Shown: piece by piece, positions 1 to 19,500 of the stretch | Numbering within the stretch: the first letter of the stretch is position 1 | Layout: every line of letters begins with the position of its first letter | Assembly (NCBI RefSeq): GCF_001949145.1 | Contig: NW_019091359.1 | Coordinates: forward strand, 3,956,460 to 4,020,459 | Direction of reading: 5' to 3' | Origin: Acanthaster planci | Lineage: Eukaryota | DNA: 64,000 bases | Notes under the pieces: generated by a model | Told to the model about the DNA's origin: nothing | Database searches by the model: none | The model's input: only the letters and a program-made list of their open reading frames with translations | Program-made: the position numbers and the translations under genes

Positions 1-398
1 AACTCTCGAATTACTATCATCAGTCCTAAATATATTTCTTTTATGCAAAGTAACTTTCAATGTTTGCTAAAAGTATAAGCCAAATTCAGGAGCAAAAGGC
101 AATGTTTGGTTTACCTAATTGTTTGGTACAGCAGCATTGTACTAAACATGTATGCCAAAAGTCATACTTCTCCTTAACTTTGCAAGTTTCTATGTAAGTT
201 AGAGTATCCCATCGTACATTAACCATTATCCTCCAAAATATACAAACTGGTTTGCTGGATCTTGACAGATTTAACTTTAGACAGATGAGCAAGATGACTT
301 TTTGAGGGCCATGTTTCCTATTTGCTCAGTAAACAGAATGAGCTGTGAAGTTCCTACGCAGTGGTGAAAATTGGCTAATTCTAGAAAGGAGTATGTAC

Positions 399-6299
<5,901 letters not shown>

Positions 6300-7287
6300 C
6301 TTGTCCCTTACCCACAATGCCACACTTCACTTGAAAGTACCCGGATGCTGTAAACAGTGCAAAATTGCCTCTTTCGGTATGTTTATTTTTTAAAATGTAA
6401 TTAACAAATATTAGAATTGAGACAAAAAAGCAATTTATTAAAACATATTGAAAAGTTGTAAAAAAAGATTTTTATTCTCAGAATATGAGCAATTTTTCTA
6501 TTTATTAGTGTCGTTACATTTGAAACTTACGTCACTGGTATCCAGTAACCGTCTTTGAGTACCAGCTTCAAATGTGCGTGCAATTAGCTTGGACGAGCGC
6601 GGGCTCCTGTCAAAATAAATAAAAAAAAACCCAAAGCCAATCGCACTTCGAATTGACTTGGGCGAGTTCATTGTGGCTCTGGAGGGGGACGGATGTTGGT
6701 ACATTAAGGATAAACAAACTGAAAAGCAAAAAGGTCAAAATTAAAGGATAAAAACTGGAAAAAGAAAAAAATGAGCCTCTTACTAAAACATGTTAGTTTC
6801 AGAGAATTTTTACGCCTCAATGACATTTTTTTTAAAATTTATTGGGAACACGTACTAGTGAACTCCGTTGTTATAATTGGTATTAGGGGTAACAGCAATT
6901 TAAATAATATTGATCGTAACTTAAGCCTCGTTATGATATTGTAATTTCCTTCGAAATAACCTACAGTTTATTTGAAGTACGTGTGTGCTTCATGATCATG
7001 TTCTATTTCTAATTTGTTCCATGTAGCACAGCTGGGATGTCATTTTAAACCACAAATGAACTGCGTGACATTTACTCGAGACTGGACTTATAAAAACTCA
7101 TGTATAGGCGTACATCTACTAGCCTGCGGTATGGAGCACAAAAGTGGACAACCCAATCTTCTCGATACCTGCTACAAGTCGGGTCAATGGGTGAGGGAGT
7201 GAAGAAAATTTTTGTTTTTATTTTTCTTGTTTGGGGCAATGAACATCAGTGGTGGGCACCCATGGCAGTTTTTTTTGTCTGGTGCAC

Positions 7288-7380
7288 AGAATTACAATTT
7301 CCTATCCGTGTTCAGTTAAAATTATGATGATTAGTTTTGAAGTTAATTTCAATTGAACACGGATAGGAAATTCTAATGCT
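7288..7380. repeat. Short palindromic (MITE-like) element
   Basis: AATTTCCTATCCGTGTTCA...TGAACACGGATAGGAAATT inverted arms of about 35 bp around a short spacer. Confidence 0.7.
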
Positions 7381-10300
7381 AGTTAAGTTAATTAATTTTG
7401 TGTGGGTGTGTGTGGGCGGTGGATACAAAAAGAAAGAGAAGGAAAAATATCTCCCATGCCTGCTATAGCACCGCCACTAGACTATGCAGATTCTATTAAA
7501 TTGACGGGTGGAAAGTTGAACAAATGGTAAAATCCGTAAATTTAAAAGATTAAGATGTCAATTCATCCCAGTGCCGCAGGTTAGGCCGGGCCTGAGGTTG
7601 CACACTAAAACTAGGCCACTATAAGCGGACTAACCCTGCTTGGATCCACGGACTCAGTGCCCGGGAAATGAGGAAGGCAGAAGCCACCAACGGCCAGGGA
7701 CAGCGTTTTATTTCAAACATTACTTTAAAGATCTTCACGAAGTGTTTTTATTTGTGACTGCGGTTAACTTTTTTTTTTTACTTCATACTCATTGACATCT
7801 ATAATTTGATTTTGGTGGGTTTACATCGCAAAGTTGGATGACTGGCGGCAGGCAACGTAGGCCCTATACCATTTTTTTATAACACCTTAATACAATCTGA
7901 ATGAGAAATTTGTTGAAAATTTTCCAGCACTTCAAAGTACATGTACATCTTAATGTTTGAGCCCAGTAGCGTTAGCTCTTTGGAATGAGCGTGACTCGCA
8001 ACGCACACCAGTATGCATTTTGCACATAAGTTTTCTGCTTTCAGTATGCGAGTTTGCACACGATGTCGGTCGTCACGCGTTTAGTTCGTTGGTTGCTTAG
8101 TAAAGGGTAAAGCACTTTGCTTGCAACTTAACGGGTAAAGTTGTGACAATGATGTGACTGGCTCTCGGCCAATTAAGATGTGGACGGATGTCTGTGGTGA
8201 GGCCCGTAATAGCAATACCTCCAGAAATCCTCGTCATCTGATTGGTGGATGGTTAATCACACTTTTATTGAATTCATTCTATTCAACGGTACACATTGAA
8301 TACAACTTCATTTCACTTGCTTCCCCCCCCCCATTTAATTTAATTCATGCCCATAAGAAAGAGGAAAATAATGCAGGGGCGGAATCAGTCTAACATTGCA
8401 CGATGCAGACTCGAATCTGTGGACGAAAATGACTGTTTGTTTTCCTAAGAGAAGATAATAACGATGAGGATTGTATAAAACAAATTATGAATGTTTTACA
8501 TTTATTGCAATGGTAAGAATAATTCCATGAGGTGAAATGTTCCATCGGAGGCGTATCATGTACTATTTAACCTCCAACCATTTGTGCCATCGACATTGTG
8601 TGGAACGCATACTGATGTGCGCGTTGTTAATATGAGCGAACGGCAGTTCGGTCACCGTGACGGTTCGCGTTTTTTTAAACCCCCAGTGGATGGTCTAATA
8701 TCAGTTCTCGACCAGCGATTGGGGTTTAGTTTTAGAACTTTGTTTTAGTAATTCTGCCTGATGGAAAGTAGACGTTGATAACCCAATTTAGCGGCATAAT
8801 ATAAAAACTCTGTTTTGGAACTTGAGTTCCGCGTGAGTGCGATCCGAGAGAGGAGCAACTAAACATCGGGACAATATTAATAAATTTGTTTAACGTTGCC
8901 GGGTGAGGATGACGTCAGTCCCTTGTCAGTGGCGAGCTGATGAACACTGTTAATATATTGCGTGACGGTGCAGTGGTAATATGGTCGCGGTACGCGGTAC
9001 GTGTTTTACATGCGGCGAACCCACCCGGCCAGGCTACCACTTACCAGTCTTTGTACGCGGGATAAGTATGGCTAGGCCCTAGTTTTACTCCCCTTATGCC
9101 TATATTTGCGGTCTCAACTTCACGTTCCTTTTTCCAAAAACGCTAATGATGGTCAACGGTAAGTAATCTATTTTGATCAGCTGGATAGTCAGAAGAATAC
9201 TCAGACATTAGCGTAGGCTTCACTTGTTGAATCATGGAGGAATAAAACACAAGTAACTAGTTCCTAACGAGTAACTAACGAGTATTGAGTAACGTCAGGC
9301 CTTATCAGAGTAGGCAACTTAATTAGGCCTTTCTTATTCGGATGCACAAGTTGCTGCATGGTTGGTGTGATGTTTCTCCCGGGATGCTTTGCCAAACTTT
9401 ATGACACAGGTACAGAACTTAGCCTAGCCCTAGAACAAAATAACGGTTCAACATTGAACAGAACTCTGTCGTGTGACAAGTGATGTTTGTGTGTAGCTGG
9501 AGCGCTCAATCCAGGCCAGGACAGTCCAAACCGTGGGGATTGTATAGGCCTACTTAGACTTTTTGGAGACCCCCCAGTTTAATCTTGTAAAACTGGTAAG
9601 TCCCCCCCCCAAAAAAAGGCAACACTCTGTTTATTGTGCTGACCCTATTTTTTGGAAAATTTCGAATTGTCAATTGTGAGAAAATGTGACTTTCTTACTG
9701 ATAAACTAACCGTGCAAATTTGAATCCATGTGTCATGTGTTAAAACACTCACAGTTTCTCCTCAAAATTTCCCTCAAAACTCAAAACCCTACCCTTTTTT
9801 TAACAACAATATCCTTACAGTTATTTAGCATGATCTCACAGTCATCTCCCAGGATGAATTCAAAAGTTAAAAAGTAGCTCTCCCTTCTATTATGGAACAG
9901 GGTCCCCAAATTTACAATCCCCAAATAGTAGCAGTGCAGTTTGGCTGGCCTCGACCTATACCACCTTTACTAGCTACAATGCAAGTATAATACATTGTAA
10001 ATAGGATTCTATGTTTGCCTTTTTTGTAACATAACATGATCATTTTCAAATGTTACAAAAGAACTCAGCTTCAAATGTGTTGATTCACATTTTTATAAAT
10101 CTTCTGTATTTGAAAAATTTGCTTCAGCTGAAAATACAAACCCACTAGGTACCCATGAGTTACTTGGAAACAGATGCAGGCACATCCTGTAGACATGTAC
10201 ATACATGTACAGTAGATGTACATGTATATCATGTTACTACTATCCATACCTAAACTGCGTAACTGCTTCCACAGCCTTTTAATATTTACAGTGGGTATAA

Positions 10301-10437
10301 ATAAATTATTTTGTATGTCATGATATAGCATTTACTGATGATCTAAATTTTAGCAGATCTAAATTTCATAAGTTTGCATTTACTGAACAAGTGCTACATT
10401 TTTTTTCACCTTCCCAGAAGTCCGCTGAGATATTACC

Positions 10438-10587
10438 ATGGGGACGAAAGAAGACTTTGAGGCCATTTTTGACCTTCTCGATCCTACATGCCGGGGTTTT
10501 GTGGATGCAAACCAACTGCAGGAGTTTCACAAAGCATTTCACTACACATCAATAAATGCTGATCAAATAGATGCTGCCATCAGTCAG
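10438..10587 (+). CDS. giant repeat protein, coding exon 1 (exon acceptor at 10417)
   Basis: MGTKEDFEAIFDLLDPTCRGFVDANQLQEF...AAISQ, EF-hand-like; CAG|GTATTC. Confidence 0.85.
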
Positions 10588-13500
10588 GTATTCTTAAGGT
10601 TCTAGATAATGCTTCTAAGTTCATTATCTTCTTTTGCATCTTTCTACACACTATTTCCATGGGAAATGTGATGTGTTTGGTGCACCTTCCCTTACTTCTT
10701 TTCGCAAACAAGTTTACCATGCTCTCTTAGGTTGAATTCTATCGGTACATGTACATTTACATCCTTATGGTTTCCTTTCTTACCGTCTCACTATGCTTAC
10801 TCCGTTCAGTCAGTTCCCAGTCTCAATGTATGTTTTTGTATTTTCTCGTGGGTTATACATGTAGTTGTTTTTGTAAACGTTGCTTTTCATATTAAGTGTG
10901 TGCTATTTCATTTTTGAATGCTTACAATCAAGTGTGTACTCTTGTTTTTATTGTTATGTAGTTCTTTTTTCCATTTTATCTTTATCTACATATCTAATTT
11001 TTAGTCTGTCTGATTGTTGATTATATATGTACACATATATTATTTAACTCTTGTTTTGTTTTGAATAATGTATCAATGCACAGATTTAGAATGTTATATA
11101 TATTATGTTTATCCCATTCCTGTAACTGGCGATCCCTCTGCTGTTGGATGTGGTAAATAAATAAGTAAATGAATAAATAAATAAAAGAAAGTAATCTTTT
11201 CGACTGTGACAAGTTTGAAAAACAAAAACACTTTCTGAAACATACTGTAGCGTGGACTCAGGGGTTCTTATCCCTCACGACTGCTTAACAGGAAGAGGGA
11301 GCGGACACAGGATTTCCAACTAGAAAAACTGAATTTATTCACTACACAAACTCAGCGGACAACTTCACTGTCAGAACAACAGCTGGGTACATGACACTCA
11401 AGCTCTAAAAAAAAAAACACATGTCAAGCAATGTATAACATTGTATAACAATTCTTTAGGCCGCCTAGACATTTTGCCTAATTCCCTCCCGCGCCTCCCA
11501 AACCACAAGCATCCTAAAATAGAAGCCAATTTCCAGTGCGCACCCTGTACAAAAGAAACAGGTCAGGGCACTCCGCCAACGGCCCTCAGCACCACCAGCG
11601 GTGTACGATAGATTAACATGGCAATAAAAACATGTGAATAGGCTAAACAAATGTCTGTTAAAATACCTACACATAAACTATGTTATTTCTTAGGTGTGCA
11701 GTGGAGGAAACAGGTGTCCAAAGTTCTGTTTCCTTGATGTTCTTTTGGAGCTGGAGAGACGCCGAACTGTGGAAGAGCGGGCATGGTGGGACTTCCAGGC
11801 CTTGGATAGTCGAGGCAACCACCGCATCACTCCTCGGGAAGCCTTGATCCTGATGAAAGCCACCCACCAGGAACACTTCACTACCCAGACCTGGCAGGCA
11901 TTCCTAAAGTCTCGTGATGTATCTGCCAATGAAGATGTAACTTTTAACGAGATAAGGATGTGGCTCTGTAATCCTCCTTTACAAAGTGGGGAGGAATGGG
12001 AGATGGAAGATATCACTGCAGAGGGAGAGAAGCTGGACAGAGAAAAGAGAACATTGGATTATCAGGAGCATAAGGAGTTTTTGGTTTTACAGGTAATATT
12101 ATCCAGTACACATAACCCTGTGATAAGTTGCATTAGTCCAGTAACTTTGTCAGGAACTTTCCTGGAGCTGGTAGCTCTCAGAGGTATATGTAATGATTAC
12201 AGATTTCTTTGTAACAGGAATAATGAGTTGGCAACCAGAAGCAACATTACCTAAACTATTAGTAATCAAGCCATCTTAAATACAGTCGACTCTCGGTAAT
12301 ACGAACTCGGGTAAGACAAGACTCTGGTTTAGACGAGCATATTTACCAGTCCTGACTTAATTGTGTACATTCCTGTGAGGGAAAAAATGTGTAATACAAG
12401 CTCGGATGTTACAAAATTTCGGTTAAGAGGAGCATTTCTTGCACACCAGCTGAGTGCAAATCTATTGTTTTCTGTCTACTTATCACAAGCTTTTTTGAAG
12501 GCAACTTGTCAATCAGCCAGTCCATTCAATTTTGAAAGGCACTTCCGTAATTTATGTGTATACAGTAGAACAGCACTGCGGTTTTCCCTCACTGAATCAA
12601 GCCATTTGTGTCCAGTGCTGCAAGAGAGACGAACAATGGACGTTTGCAGTTCCCGTACCCACCCAAAAGTGCTACAATATTTAGGATAGTGGTGACCAAA
12701 AGAAATCTTTTGTTTGATTTCCCCACCCCTTAAAAAATTCCCTAAGACCAAAGTCCCCACAGGAAACTAATAAAAATTGTGTTCTGTAACCAAACACCTG
12801 GCCCTAAAAACTGCCCTTCTGCTGTACACACCACCAATAGCTAGTTTCCTCACATTTTTATGTGCAACAAGGGCAGTTCTGGTGTTGGGTACCATAATAC
12901 AAGCTAATTAGTAAGTCCCAAGGGCCTTGTGTTAACGAGAGTCGACTGTACAGTGTTATTGAGAAATCTTAAACACCATTTTCTGTCAAAATCTTGTTTG
13001 AAGTTGCCCAGATAAGCATTTTTGAAGCATACCCAGACTTTTTAATTGTAAAAGTTGTTTTGGGGATTGTTTTTAACAATTCTTATCAACAGGAGGATGA
13101 GTTGTCACAGACTGTGGACGCACAAGATAGACAGTACTATCAAAATAAATTCCGTAGCAAGGCAAAGCGCAAGCTCAACCGGTGAGTGTTTCATCATAAG
13201 TAAGCCTTTTTATACTTAACTTGAGTGCTATTTTTGCGTAGTTTGACTTGCTTTTATTCAACCTGGAGTTTTGTTTTATCTAACGATCTGTTTATTTTGA
13301 CAACTTTCCTTTTTTGACCATTTTTCAGTTATAGTTGTGTCTTTTATAAATTTAAACTTTTTCTGGTTGGCATTGTAGAGTTTTTCAAATTATGAATTTA
13401 AAAAATTACTCAAAAGTACTAAGAAACAAATTTTGGAGGTAGAATAGGTCTCAGAAAAATACATAGCTCATGTATTAGTTATTTCCGTGTTAGGGGAGGT

Positions 13501-16500
13501 GATGAGATGTTTCAAGATTTTTTTCTGCTTGATTTGTCCCAGTTGGGTAAATCTTGGTGTGGAGGCACTGATCTTTGATGATGGCAAGGACTATGAGGTT
13601 GACTACAGGATGCGGAATCGTGTTACTGTCCAGGATCTGTTAGAGGCACTGGAACAAAAATATGATATCCTTAGAGAGAAGCTGCTTTGGGAAGCTGTTA
13701 AAAAACATATTGGTAAGAAGTTAGAATCTTTTACTGTAAACTTTAGTTTTAGAAAATGATAATACTGATTGAAATCAATAAAAGCTCATTGTTTTGTTGG
13801 AATATGTTTTTGATGCTACCCTTTTTTCAAATTTATCTAGGGGATCCTATTTGGTCCTCCATGTCAGAGGGAGAGCAGCAGGAACAAGTCCTCCGTGTCC
13901 AGATGAAAGAGCATCAATTGCGACGAAGCAGTGACCTAGATCAGATCTCACGCCTGGTCATCTCTTACCAGCATTATGACTCTAGGCTGGAAGCTATGAT
14001 AGGATGCCTGCGCAGTGAGTTTGAACGTCAGTCCATGGACCATCAAAGCAAAGTTGCTGTACTGCTGAATGAGGGAAAGACAGAGGATCAGATTTACGAG
14101 ATATTTGCTAATGAGTATGCTCAGAGAGTGCAAGGTATTAATCAACATTTCTTCCACTTCTGTTACTGTACCTGTAACTACTATATTTTTTACTGTAGCT
14201 ACCATATTAGCCACTGAGCTATTGTAACTATCATGGCAGCTAATTGTAGTTACTATACCTCATAAATATTCATGAGCAAATTGGAGCACGTCATTGGCCA
14301 ATTCCACCTTGCATCAGGGAAGTAGAATGATACGCGACTAGGTGACGTCATAGTGGTGAGTATACACCTCACTGCTGTGCGGTAGTTTTTTCTGCTAGCA
14401 TCAAAAAATCCCTCTGGAACCTGCTGCTTATATATGTAGTCTGTGTCATGTAGTCTTTACGGAACCAGTCTGGAGTTGCATCCTAATAACTATTACAGTA
14501 AAGACCCCAAACGTATGTCAGCACCAGACTGTTGAAGTCCTGTTTCAATGCATATCTACACTCCACTATCATTACATGGAAATTTAGCAGCTAAGAAAAA
14601 ACAGTGGCGTGAGATTTCTGTTTGAATTATTTATGAAGTGTAGTAAAACAAATACAGCATGGTTTATTTTGGGAAAATAGTGGGAATTACTGGTCCCGAG
14701 GTGTAAGTCAGTTTCACGGAGGGAGGGAGTCAAACTGACGTACACCTCGGGACAAGTGATTCCCACTACTTCCCCTCAAACCATGCTGTGTTTGTATACT
14801 ACCGTATTGGTTACTCTAGCTTCTATTTTGGCTTCGGCAGTTTTTATGCCCCCCAATGCTGTAGCCGCCATGTTGGTTACTACTCTTACCATACTAGCCA
14901 CTGAGCTGCCATGCTCCTACATACAGCAGAGACCATGTTGGCTGCTGTATAGCCTCCATTTGGGGTATTGGAGCTACCTTTTCAGATAAATATAGCTACC
15001 ATATTGGTCTCTGTAGCTACCTGGTAGGCCTCTGTAGTTTTCAAGCCCCCATGCTGTAAAAACTACTGTGTTGGCTTCAGTAACTTCCATGTTTATGTAC
15101 CATGTTGTCACAGGTGGTGTTTACTTGTTCTACCTCAAGGCTACTGCACCTCAGATTAAACCTCTGAAACCTTTGACATACCAAGCTTTACAGCAAAGCA
15201 ATTTCACTTTTTTGTTAGGAGTAACAACATGTGGGCAGCTCCTTATTGATCTTCACAAGCGCTACATGAAAGAGCGTGAGTTTCTTCTGTCTGTACTCAA
15301 GATGGGGAACCGTAGGGCATTGACCTCTGCTGAGATGATTACTGAGTATGCATCCCTTGCTGCACAGCAGCTGATTGCCTCCTACGAGGGCGAGTCATTT
15401 GAGTATTCTTCAATGGCAACGGGACTTGCTGAACGCCCACAGCAGTACATGTGCCCAGGGTGAGTTATTGTAAAGCATCTTTACAGAGTTGCAGAACTTA
15501 ATAAAAGTCATTGAAAAAGTGCTGTTCTGAAGCATAGTTGCAAATGGTCGACTTACGCTAAGTGCTGCTTGTAAATTTTAAATGTTGCTACTCTGTAACG
15601 ACACTGGGGTTTCCCTCATGTTAAGAAACTTCCATAGTCATTGGAATTTGCGCTCACCTTTGATCCAAGTTTTTGATGACAGATGCCATAGAGTCCACGT
15701 AGAGCCACGTTGGAGGGAAAAGTGGCCTAGCTAACACATAGGATTTATCTTCTATATTTCTATTGTGGTTTTTGTGTGTGAAAGTGTGTTAAATGTTGTT
15801 GAAAATGTTTTGTGAGACTGATGTAAATTAGGTGCACATAACATGCTGATTTTGCAACAGGTGGAAGTGTGTAACTTGTCTTGCAGTTGTACATGTATCT
15901 TGCTTTTTGGATCTGTAAGGACAGCATTTTGTTATTTATTGGATTATGAACATACATGTAGCAGGAAATTTCGCATGGTCTGAGGACGGGAAAAAATTTT
16001 ACAAAATAAAACTCTAAAGTTCTGTTTTCCCCATACAATTAACTCATCTAGGGTCAGAGGATAAAAAAGTTATTTCAGATAATTCTTTTCTAAACACTAA
16101 AAACAGTCAGGAAAACATGTTAATTTTTTCATGATTTTTCTGTTGAAAATGCATTATTGGAAGTCTGTGGGTTTGTTCTCCCTCTGCAATTAGCCAACTT
16201 ACCACCACCATTCTCAGGAACAAACTTTAACCCACCTGGGGCTTCAGTAAATTTATCTGCTTATTGCCAAATTAGTTCTTGTTTGGGGTTGGAATAGATG
16301 ATAATGATCAGACATATTGGCATTGAAGCAGCTTAAGAACAAATCAAGACAGTTTTGAAAATTTTTTGCTTATGACATATATAAAGAGCTTAAGATGGTG
16401 AATTAAATTATGCTCTCTTAGATTTGACAGCGATCGAGATTTAAATGAGCTGCTTGCTTTGGAGAGACTGCATCGGATGAAAGGACGCAGACCTCCCAAA

Positions 16501-19500
16501 GTGATTGATGATGATGGCCATCTGATAGGCAAGAATCGAGGCATTGTAGCCTGGCAGGTGGAGGTAGTCAGACAACTCTTGAAGAAACACAGCCATGAAT
16601 GCGAGGTACAGACTGAGAAATAATAATTTGGATTGTCTCATCACTTACCGTGTTTTGGTTGGCAGATGGTGTGTAAGGAATATGAGTTATTGTGGTTATG
16701 TGTGCATGAAGACCTTGTATCTACATGTATGGATACAAATGCTTCTTTACGTGTAAGGGTATTAGTAATTTTCGATCAGTGATGCATTTGCTACATTTAT
16801 CTTGACCTTACTTTGCTTGCCTGTCATGATTAGGTCACACAGTGTCACCAATAGTTTTCACACAGAGCCTACCAAAATGTCATACATGTACTTCAAAATG
16901 ATACAAAATGGTACATGTATAAAGTAAGTTATGTTTGCAAGTGTACATCTACATGTAAGTGAGGCTTGAAAATTCTTCAAAGCAACTGCTGCTTTAAAGC
17001 ATTCTGCTGATAATGGTCATCATTAAGTTTCACTTTTCTATACAGTCGTGCATTACCATTTCCTCCGTTATCTTTGAGCAAACTTGAGACTCAAAGATCT
17101 ATTTTAGGCTTTAAAAATTATTGATAACTTACTGACACCTTTCATGTTAACCTGTCCTGTATGCCTGATATCTGAGGCATAAATATCAAAGTCCGCTTAT
17201 AAATAGACATTTCTGAATAATCTGCCAAGAGTTAATGATGTGCAGATAATTCAAAGAGAGCTTAAAGAAGGCTGCTGTGATTACAACTTCCTTATTTAAT
17301 CTTTTATGATGTATTGATTTCCCCTTCAGTCTGAATCCCAAGATTATGATATAATTATTTGGTATACAAGTATTTAAGTGTGTTGATTTTTGATTGGTCT
17401 TTAGGTTATGATCTATCTCCTGCAAGGCAAAGAAAGTGCCACTTGGCTCTCTGTTGCCCGACGGAAGAGCCAGGAACATCGTGAAGACAGATTAAAAGCG
17501 TTGCGACTACAGCGTTCCAACTGGCGTCAAGGCTCCAAAGAGCACTTGGTCTCTAAAAGGACTGTACATCTCAAGATATTGTTAGAAGGCACAGGTCTCT
17601 ATCATGAAAACAGGTACACTGTGAATTGGAACCCCAAATCACACGTTGTCACTCCAGTTATCTTCCGGCTCTTCCAGTGGTTTTCATTTCTAACATGTGC
17701 CATGATCTTGCTAAAGACAGGAGCAGTCCAGAGTGCTTAAACAGTGTTTGAAGTAGACAAAAATCTTGTGAAAAAGTCTGATTGTTGATGAGCAATAATG
17801 GAGGTGGACATATGACTGAACCATTATGTGCACCTTTATACTTAAGTTAATCCATTCCTATCAATTTGAATGGGAATTACAGAGTAAGTAATTGTTGCAC
17901 TTGCATGCAGTATTTTTAGACCTAGAAGTTTGTGTGATGTTGAAATGTACATCTTTTGTTATGTGATATGAGAGTTGTATTTGAAATGGTCTTTATCTCA
18001 CCAATCATCAACATAGTTGTCAGTTGTCTTGATATTCAGGTCTATTCTTTCTATATGCAGACGTACTGAGATTCGTGGAGGGCACAACTTCACTGATAAT
18101 CAAGTCTCTGCCTGTGTGCTAGCTGACTTGCAGCAAAAACAAGCACAAGAGGTAGAGAAGGTTGTGGTAGAGATGCAGACAATGGTGAGATAAATGCTGT
18201 GGACCTCCAAGCAATTTAATCTGTCCCTTTTTTCAAAGCTGATTTTAGTGTAGACAACATCTGTCCAATTTCTGCAGGCGGATCAATGCACAAATTGATT
18301 GTTAAAAAGAATATGTATGTAACTGGTTATAATACAGTAAAATTTTGATAACTCAAAGGTGGTTAAGTCTAAACTCATTTTATCTCAAAGACTTACGTGT
18401 ACTTTATTCCCACCAAAAGAATAGGCTTTTATGCACCAAAATACCTTTGTAATTTTAAATGCCCACACTGCGACATCTGCTCATCCTGATGTTTATCTGA
18501 AGCCATTCTAAAAAAATAGCCATCAAACAATCTCAACAAGTATGGAAAAAAAAAACAGGAGACTTTAATAATGAGTCTCCACTGTCAAGAGCACTTCGCT
18601 TTGTGATCGACTAGTCATAATCCACCTTTTTACCTGAAAGATGTTTTTGTCATAAAAAGTGGGGGGGGGGATTATCAAATGAGTGACTTGCACAAGTGAC
18701 AGGTGCTGTGAATGACCAGAAATGGCATTTTAGCATTAGTCACTTTTTGTTTGTGCTAAAACAAATCCTTACAAAGTATTTTCATGCATCATGAAGCTGT
18801 CACATGTTGTTTCAATTATGCACTTTTGAATATATATCCAGCAAGAAATGAGACTGAAGGGTACCCCCAACATGTCCAATTGTTACACACACTATACAAT
18901 ATTGTTACCAAACACATCCCCCCTCAGTGTTTGAAAAGAATTCCTCAAATTCCAGTGAAACAATGACGAACACAAAGCAGGGGGGTCCTGTCTGTCTCAT
19001 ATCTTGCTTCATGTGATTAAATATACTAACTCTTTAGTCTACATTTTTCTTTGTAAGACTGCTGACATTCTGAAGGAATTATGGAGGCGTGAACACCGTT
19101 CAAGGACTGAGGAATGGTTGGACAATGTATCAGCTGTCATTTTATCAACAATTGAACTCACTGAAGAAGACAAAGAATTGGTAGAAGCACTGGAGGCAAA
19201 ATATGATGTTTTGAGGTTTGTGGATAGTCACTTTATGATTTTGAAATCGTGCAAAGTTGATTCCCTATTTGCTGCAAGCAGACATGAGAGAGGTCGTTTT
19301 TTATCTGGAAATGACTGTCTTTTGGTCAGAACTAAATGTGTGCTAGCACAGGTTCCTGCACATTTGGCTTGGAACAGTTGAGTTGGTATGATCAATTTCT
19401 GTTTGAATGTATGGTCTTTGCTTTTGCACCAGGTGTGTGCGCAAACCACATTTGAAAATTGCTCTCCTGCCAGCTTCCTTTTTTGCCATTGAAGGTATAC

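Noticed and set aside
1..398. Next HCFC1 exon (expected to start VCCKDLW)
   Set aside because: Not found on the minus strand here; presumably outside the window.
14160..15110. Hydrophobic ORFs (14756-14989, 5' part of 15068-15463) as membrane-protein exons
   Set aside because: They derive from a degenerate GTAGCTACCAT-type low-complexity repeat in intron 5; exons 5 and 6 join directly in phase.
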